The position numbers were made by a program, and so were the translations under genes. A DNA stretch of 64,000 bases from a virus (Duplodnaviria > Caudoviricetes). Positions 57,998 through 64,000 of the stretch are shown here, one piece after another. The stretch's first letter is position 1, and each line of letters begins with the position of its first letter. The notes under the pieces are model-generated. The model ran no database searches and was not told the origin of the DNA. It saw nothing but the letters and a program-made list of their open reading frames with translations. The stretch is from the IMG/VR virus record IMGVR_UViG_2788500220_000013, positions 1 to 64,000 of that record; one strand, given 5' to 3'.

Positions 57998-58036
57998 AGT
58001 TCTCCTGTGATTCCTCAGTTCTCCTGTGATTCCTCA
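57998..58036. repeat. Perfect 19-bp tandem duplication covering the RBS
   Basis: agttctcctgtgattcctc at 57998-58016 and 58017-58035. Confidence 0.9.
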
Positions 58037-58062
58037 TCATTAGTAATTATTTACCTTTATCA

Positions 58063-58362
58063 TTATTTAACTAGATAGGACGGTTGTAATAGTCTTTTCT
58101 CTTTTTCTTTTTCTATTTCATTGCTAGTCGGGCGCCTTCCTGCATGCCACCCGTCAATATCATATTCTACCCATTTCATAAAACAGCTAGCGCAACAACC
58201 GTATTTACTGTAAAGCGAGGCATCACTATAGTCACGCATTAAAAATCCACATATGTCACAATCTAAAGGAACTGTCTTCATGTGCCCTTCAGGAATTATA
58301 ATTTTAAATCCTGAAACGTCTTCTAGCATTTTTCTATTCTGTGTCAGTTTTTTCCAGACCAT
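58063..58362 (-). CDS. Small zinc-finger-like hypothetical protein
   Basis: PLDCDICG...YGCCASC...WVE....W..G.RP. Confidence 0.65.
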   Translation of the reverse strand: MVWKKLTQNRKMLEDVSGFKIIIPEGHMKTVPLDCDICGFLMRDYSDASLYSKYGCCASCFMKWVEYDIDGWHAGRRPTSNEIEKEKEKRLLQPSYLVK

Positions 58363-61300
58363 TACAAATTACCTGTGCATTTTTTCCGTTAGAAGATATT
58401 TCGATAGTATTATCAACAATATCCTTGACTCCATCAACATGAGAAATTACTAAAATATTCTTAAACCACCGTTTTAAAGACTTAAGCAGCCTATTACAAG
58501 ATTCAACATTCATATCATCTAATGCGCCAAATCCCTCATCAATTACCAGTAGATCAGTTTTTGGTAAAGAAGAAACATTAATAAGGGCTACTCGAATAGC
58601 TAAAGATGCCATCATTTTCTCCATCCCAGATCCGCATTCAATAATCCTACGTGAATCACCATAGTTTATGTAAATATCCATAGCATTCGACGTCGACTCA
58701 GCTTCGAGCTCCACAGTAAACCCAACAACATCCTGAAGAATTTTTGATATTTCTGCATTAATTGCAGGGAGTTGTGATGTTATAATTTGAAGTGGTATGC
58801 CTTTTTTTGAAACGGCATTCATAAATAATTCGTATGTTTTCCAGCTAGCCAATAACTCAGTGTACTTGTCCCTATCTGTCTTAAGCTTTATAATCTCATT
58901 TGATAAGCGGCCAATCAACTCACTTAAAGACATCCTCTTTGCATCAGTTGTGGTAATGTCATCAGTAAGAGAAACTATTTCACCCTTTATCTTTGTTATT
59001 TCAGCTGAAACATTGGCAGACGAAACCCTAAGCTTCATGTCATTTAAGATATTTGTATCTTTATCAATCTCAGAATCTAAAGAAGCTTCTCTAGATTGCA
59101 ATCCATGAAGCTCAACCGTTTTGCTTGAAACTGTTACCTTAAGCTCTGATTCCTGCTTTAAAACATCATCATACTTCTGTATTTTTGTACTTAAGTCTTC
59201 TAATAATAAAACGTCTAACGCTTTTTGTGCTACCTTTACCTGGCTTAATATCTCACCAGTCTTTTCTAGCTGCCCTGTTAATAATTTCTTGTTTTTATGT
59301 GATTCCTTTATAAATTTACATGTTGGAAATGAATCACCACAAGGGACTTCTTCAAGGCGCTTAATAGAATTCTTTTGTGTCTTTAATAACGTCTTTTCCC
59401 TCTCATGATCATGACGTAATTGAATTAGTGATCGCTCAAGACCAAGCTGCGCTGCTAATCTCTCTTTAAGATCATCAATCGGAAAGACATTTCTAATATT
59501 TTCAATTTTTACTAATTTTTCGTTTAATATAGTAATTTCATCATTAAGGGCAGATATCCTTGATCTTGCTTGTAGTAATTCATTATTAGCAGCATCAATT
59601 TTTTTCTGCTGAATAGTAACATCATCCGGTGTTACGATATCTTTATCTTTGTGAGTAGCCAAAGAAATCTTAAGACCTTGAAGCTTTTTCCTTAGCTTGG
59701 TTAATTCTGCATCAACTAAGTCGCGATCTTTTGCTTTTGCATCATGTTCAATTTGTGCTTCTAGAATCTTTGTTTCATATTCAATATTTGGGACTGATTT
59801 TAATAAAGCCTTAACGGTCGCAGATTCATCCTTAACTAGGTCTAACATATTCTCAAATATGTTTAGATCTAAAAAGTTTGTTAGTATTGACTTTCGCTGA
59901 GTTGCCTTGTGTTTTATAAATGCATTCATTTCACCCTGGCTGGCTAGTGACGTTAATAGAAAGTCATCGCTAGTACCAATAAGGCTACGTAGAACCTTCT
60001 CAGTCTCGCGGCGTTGCTCTTCTGTCATATCAATTGCTAAGCCATCGTCAATTTTATGCAAATTTAAGTGTGTCACAGCATGAAGCTTTCCAGCCCTAGT
60101 TTCATGCTTAACAGATTGACGTTCAACACGAAAGTTCTTACCAGAAATTGCGATATCAATCCCCGCCTTACAGAACCCCTTTCGTGAATTAATAATATGT
60201 AAATTTTTAATTGAACCCCTATCTGTTGTATTAAAAAGGCCATACATTATAGCGCCAGGGATTGATGATTTACCTATCCTGTTAGGGCCAAATAGGCCTG
60301 TGATTCCCCCTAAATTCTCAAAATCAATTACATTACCTTTACCATAGGAAAATATATTATCAAACTCTAAACGCCTAATAGACCACTTAATGTTTCTAGC
60401 AGCATCATTATGCGCTAGCTGATTTACGGTGGTTGTAGTTAGTTCCTCTAACTTATCCCACTCATCATCTGTTAAGTCTAAATCAGAATAATACTCTCTC
60501 ATTAACTTACAATGTGTCTTAGAGTCTCGTAGATCATCCTTAAAAAATGACGTTCCATTTGACTTAATAATTGTAACATCAGAGTCATACTCATTCTTAT
60601 ATACAACTTCAGTTGCATCCTTAAACTCTTTTAAAGCAGAATGTAATTGTTTTATCTCTGGTTGTGATATCGGTGAGTTCGTTCTAATTCTAAATCTAGA
60701 ACCATCTGGATATGTCTCTGCAAAGTCTAATGTTGACTGAACATCTTCACTCCAGTCAATCGTCACAAATGGTTGATCATGGGGAATTTCATAAAACGTA
60801 CTAGTGAAATTGTCTTTATCTTCAATTTCCCAAAACAAAAATCCCTTACCGGGTGTTTCCCCATAATTCTGCTGGATCGATGAACCACAATATGCCACAC
60901 GCTTATCATCGTCCAAATATTGTACCTTATGAATATCACCAAGCATAGTAAAGTCATAATTCTTAAAGAAATCTACATCTACTTCGCCCTCGATATTCCA
61001 ATTGATGTCTGTCTTTGAGCCCCTAACACCTCCATGGAATAATGCAATATTAATTTCGTTAGGAGTAGGCTTAACATTCGGCCAGTTTTCTTCATCAAAA
61101 CATGAAAATACTGACCAATTAAATCCCGGGATGCCAATCGGGTACGTACCAGAATTTTTGTATAAATGAATATTCGGATTATTTAATGCTGAAAGAATCG
61201 GGCTGATTGCATCTTGTCTATGCTTGTTTAAAATTAGGCCATCATGGTTCCCTAGAATGACATGTGTGGGGGCAATATCTGCTAGTGATGTAAACCACCA

Positions 61301-61492
61301 ATTTAATATATCAATTAACTCAGGTGATATCCCCTGTGTCTTCGAGTGAACAATGTCACCACCGACGTAAATAACATCCGGGTCAAGATCTTTTGCAATC
61401 TCAAAAAATTTCTCAAAAGACCTACGATATTCATCATGACGACTTAAGCCACGGAAATGAATATCCGAAATGTGTATACACTTTAAACTCAT
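58334..61492 (-). CDS. Fused Mre11/SbcD nuclease - Rad50/SbcC ATPase (gp47-gp46-like)
   Basis: N-terminal HISDIH, GGDIVH, LGNHD and LGDIH, then Walker A GPNRIGKSS, Q-loop SQG, coiled coil with PCGDSFPTC, signature GSGME, Walker B VIDEG and ISH. Confidence 0.9.
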   Translation of the reverse strand: MSLKCIHISDIHFRGLSRHDEYRRSFEKFFEIAKDLDPDVIYVGGDIVHSKTQGISPELIDILNWWFTSLADIAPTHVILGNHDGLILNKHRQDAISPILSALNNPNIHLYKNSGTYPIGIPGFNWSVFSCFDEENWPNVKPTPNEINIALFHGGVRGSKTDINWNIEGEVDVDFFKNYDFTMLGDIHKVQYLDDDKRVAYCGSSIQQNYGETPGKGFLFWEIEDKDNFTSTFYEIPHDQPFVTIDWSEDVQSTLDFAETYPDGSRFRIRTNSPISQPEIKQLHSALKEFKDATEVVYKNEYDSDVTIIKSNGTSFFKDDLRDSKTHCKLMREYYSDLDLTDDEWDKLEELTTTTVNQLAHNDAARNIKWSIRRLEFDNIFSYGKGNVIDFENLGGITGLFGPNRIGKSSIPGAIMYGLFNTTDRGSIKNLHIINSRKGFCKAGIDIAISGKNFRVERQSVKHETRAGKLHAVTHLNLHKIDDGLAIDMTEEQRRETEKVLRSLIGTSDDFLLTSLASQGEMNAFIKHKATQRKSILTNFLDLNIFENMLDLVKDESATVKALLKSVPNIEYETKILEAQIEHDAKAKDRDLVDAELTKLRKKLQGLKISLATHKDKDIVTPDDVTIQQKKIDAANNELLQARSRISALNDEITILNEKLVKIENIRNVFPIDDLKERLAAQLGLERSLIQLRHDHEREKTLLKTQKNSIKRLEEVPCGDSFPTCKFIKESHKNKKLLTGQLEKTGEILSQVKVAQKALDVLLLEDLSTKIQKYDDVLKQESELKVTVSSKTVELHGLQSREASLDSEIDKDTNILNDMKLRVSSANVSAEITKIKGEIVSLTDDITTTDAKRMSLSELIGRLSNEIIKLKTDRDKYTELLASWKTYELFMNAVSKKGIPLQIITSQLPAINAEISKILQDVVGFTVELEAESTSNAMDIYINYGDSRRIIECGSGMEKMMASLAIRVALINVSSLPKTDLLVIDEGFGALDDMNVESCNRLLKSLKRWFKNILVISHVDGVKDIVDNTIEISSNGKNAQVICNGLEKTDTE

Positions 61493-61509
61493 AAACTATC
61501 CTACAGGAT

Positions 61510-62481
61510 CTACAAAATTGATCCACTTTTTACCGTATCAAATAGATTATATAGTCTATCATCCGGCTGCCACTCTTTTGCCTTTTGCAATGCACATGCA
61601 AAATCCAATTTTGACATTTCCCCAACATCAGAAAACTGCCCTAAATCCAACATCCGAATTCGGATACCGTAAGATGATAATTTACGTGCATATTCCTGCG
61701 TCTTCAATTTAACATCCGGATCCAGTGCCATCAGCACAGGAGTTGAATTTTTAATAATTTGTTGAAATAACTTATAGTCTTCTGAGAAGTGTGAACCCAA
61801 CAGACACGTCGCATTATCATTACATTTTGTTAGATCAAAGGGCCCTTCTACCAAAGTTAACTCAGAAGACCAGTCGATATTAATTTCGTTAAAAATAACA
61901 TCTTTCTTTGGTACTTTTGCATTTAAGTACTTCATTTTTGAATCATCATCGATCGTTCTTGCAACAAAGTAATTTAGATCCCCATCAGCATTAAAAGATG
62001 GCATTATAGCGCGGCGGCGGTACCTGCCCCTAGTGCAGGTTCCGAACCTAAAATACCATAAGTCTTTTGATGTGAGGCCCCTATTTGACAAGTATCTAAT
62101 TGTGCTCCGAACGTCGGGGTCCTTGCTCGATAGACTAGCTGCTAAAAGTACAAAATTCTCTGGAACTGATACTAGAATTTCTTCTTCGACAATATCAATC
62201 GGTTTAAATGACTTTTTAGAAAACCTTGTTAAGTACTCAGATAAATGTCTAGGAAAATGTCTTTTTAAAAGATATGATAAGTTTCTACCTTTAAGGTCAC
62301 ATACCCAACAATGATATTGATCAGTATCAACTCGGATAATCAATTTTTTCTTAGATGAATTACCATATGTGCTACATTTTGGATTTGGGCAACAAACAGA
62401 CACGTTTATGCCATCATTGCCAAGCACACATGTACCAAAAACCCTACTCAAAAATGATATTTTATCGCTCGTTAAAGACAT
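61510..62481 (-). CDS. DNA primase (DnaG-type, zinc-binding plus TOPRIM)
   Basis: CCPNPKC...YHCWVC, YL..RGL, FVAR, KYLN, LVEGPFD and ALDPD. Confidence 0.88.
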   Translation of the reverse strand: MSLTSDKISFLSRVFGTCVLGNDGINVSVCCPNPKCSTYGNSSKKKLIIRVDTDQYHCWVCDLKGRNLSYLLKRHFPRHLSEYLTRFSKKSFKPIDIVEEEILVSVPENFVLLAASLSSKDPDVRSTIRYLSNRGLTSKDLWYFRFGTCTRGRYRRRAIMPSFNADGDLNYFVARTIDDDSKMKYLNAKVPKKDVIFNEINIDWSSELTLVEGPFDLTKCNDNATCLLGSHFSEDYKLFQQIIKNSTPVLMALDPDVKLKTQEYARKLSSYGIRIRMLDLGQFSDVGEMSKLDFACALQKAKEWQPDDRLYNLFDTVKSGSIL

Positions 62482-62549
62482 CTTACCTATAATATACCCA
62501 CTAATGGATAAGTGTTCATTTCAGATTATCCTAGCCCATTCGAACTAAA

Positions 62550-63101
62550 CTAATCTTTTGTTAGATAACCTGCTTGAGCAATTACATATGCATCTGCGGC
62601 ATCGTAGCATCCTGGTTCTAAAATTGTTTGATTCTTTCTAGGCCCTGATTTTAGTGTCTTGGTCGGCCAGTTGAAGGCTACCCGTTCAGAAACCCATGTA
62701 TGTACCTGTTCCTTTGTAGGAGCCCCACCCTTAGACTTGCGGACAATCTTTAGGCCAACTAGCTTCCTTGCCGCGTTGACATTAATATATTCTGGTTCAA
62801 AATCAAATTGTTGTTGTACTAAATAACCCACTATCCCATTAAACCTGGCCAATGTTAGCAGGGTCTTTGCAGAAGATAAACCAGGTCGAAATGCTTGAAG
62901 GTTCTCCTCAATATAGGTTTTAGTTATATTATACGGCGCGGCTATAATAGACAGATGTTCTGATGCTTCTTGTGCCTTCTTAAAGAGGCCTATATGTTTA
63001 GACAGTGGTATATACCCCATCGCAACTAGTTGGCCCTTAGGGCCTAATACACACCACCCAATACATGATGTTGATATATCAAGGCCTAAAATATTATCCA
63101 C
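62550..63101 (-). CDS. RuvC-like Holliday junction resolvase
   Basis: ILGLDISTSCIG, YIEE, LARFNG and D.ADAYVIA. Confidence 0.8.
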   Translation of the reverse strand: MDNILGLDISTSCIGWCVLGPKGQLVAMGYIPLSKHIGLFKKAQEASEHLSIIAAPYNITKTYIEENLQAFRPGLSSAKTLLTLARFNGIVGYLVQQQFDFEPEYINVNAARKLVGLKIVRKSKGGAPTKEQVHTWVSERVAFNWPTKTLKSGPRKNQTILEPGCYDAADAYVIAQAGYLTKD

Positions 63102-64000
63102 TAAAAATCTACCTTGACACGAAACACATACCCATCACTGTTTCTCTTAATAATAGGTCTAGCTAGGTTTGTTCTGGCTACAACATTCAAGTTTTCATCA
63201 TGAAAATTTAAACCGGTGATATAAACAAACTCTGATTCATTTTCACTGGCAAAATTTGATGCATATAATTTTTCAAACTGAGGGTTGGAGGAAGAGTTTA
63301 TTGTCCCTGCATCACAGGGAACATGGATCTCCATGATATGAATGTTTTGATCTCCTGCCATCTTTACCTCAAACTGTTCCTTACCATAATATGGTATAAC
63401 TGGAGATTTTATAACAGATATTCCTTCTTCATAAATTATACTACCTGCATCTGCCCACTTAGCGTGGGGTGTTTTAGCATCAGCACGATAAAGACCACCA
63501 ATCCCATTATCACGCATTCGAATTCTTACCTTACCATCAGAACCGGTAACATCAGAATCATATATTTCGTACGTGTTTGGTTGAATCGCATTTCCATAAA
63601 ATAAGTTTGATGCATCAAAAAACACAACTTCGTTCGACGACCCATCCCTAGTTCTCTGAAAAATTGTCAAAACAGAACCTGGTGCAATACCAGGATTTTC
63701 TGGAGAAGCACCCATAATTGCAGCCATGGTTCCAGATGCCTCTTCTGGTGTCCCTTCACCCAAGCTATCAACCTGAATAAGGCCTGGGTATAACGTTTCT
63801 TCAGGAATTAGGTTCGTCAAAGAAATCTTACTATAGTCTAAACTACCAAAATCGTTCGTATATTTCTCCGTTTCAGAACCAGAAACAGGGTGGGTTGTTA
63901 TTGAGCCAGAACTTAATAACCGAAACCCGGGAAAAAATAGACCGTTGTCACAAGGAAGTACAGTTAAATTACGCTTTCTAATTGATGACGTCGCAAACAA
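63101..64000 (-). CDS. Putative structural (baseplate-associated) protein, 3' part only
   Basis: Frame open from the right edge of the window. C-terminal VYITGLNFHDENLNVVARTNLARPIIKR...FRVKVDF. Confidence 0.55.
   Translation of the reverse strand: MFATSSIRKRNLTVLPCDNGLFFPGFRLLSSGSITTHPVSGSETEKYTNDFGSLDYSKISLTNLIPEETLYPGLIQVDSLGEGTPEEASGTMAAIMGASPENPGIAPGSVLTIFQRTRDGSSNEVVFFDASNLFYGNAIQPNTYEIYDSDVTGSDGKVRIRMRDNGIGGLYRADAKTPHAKWADAGSIIYEEGISVIKSPVIPYYGKEQFEVKMAGDQNIHIMEIHVPCDAGTINSSSNPQFEKLYASNFASENESEFVYITGLNFHDENLNVVARTNLARPIIKRNSDGYVFRVKVDF

Noticed and set aside
1-64000. Stop-codon reassignment, tRNAs, CRISPR arrays, introns/inteins, DGR or IS elements
   Set aside because: Genes are full length under the standard code with TAA, TAG and TGA all used as stops. 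Intergenic gaps are short, with no cloverleaf or repeat-spacer pattern. NrdJ, helicase, RecA and TerL have normal lengths, and no reverse transcriptase or transposase motifs were seen.

Overview
This window is a 64-kb slice of a large tailed dsDNA phage with T4-type head and contractile-tail genes (jumbo-myovirus style). Every credible gene is on the minus strand and uses the standard code. In transcription order (right to left) it carries: a truncated structural gene; RuvC-like resolvase; primase; a single-chain Mre11/SbcD-Rad50/SbcC fusion; large terminase; portal; prohead protease; small head proteins; scaffold; major capsid; neck and tail-completion proteins; two paralogous ~1100-aa tail sheaths; tail tube; a tail chaperone pair joined by an apparent +1/-2 frameshift; tape measure; baseplate proteins; a compact family-A polymerase; HD and MazG-like hydrolases; SSB, RecA/UvsX, 5'-3' exonuclease, helicase, class II RNR (NrdJ) and ClpP; a CHAP endolysin; a CPBP/CAAX-family protease; and an accessory cluster at 1-7900. 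The accessory cluster is the most novel-looking part. Five otherwise unrelated, mostly acidic proteins (Ig-like, LamG-like, unknown) share a short terminal peptide, typified by GLVR(M/L)R(M/L)(I/L)(G/S/A)-stop, conserved at protein rather than DNA level. Two transcription units there start with homologous ~170-205-nt structured non-coding leaders. A recurrent sense-strand ATA(T/C)TTA(T/A)A motif, the reverse complement of the T4 late promoter, precedes most structural genes. I saw no tRNA, rRNA, CRISPR array or IS element. Product calls come from motif recognition by eye, not database searches.
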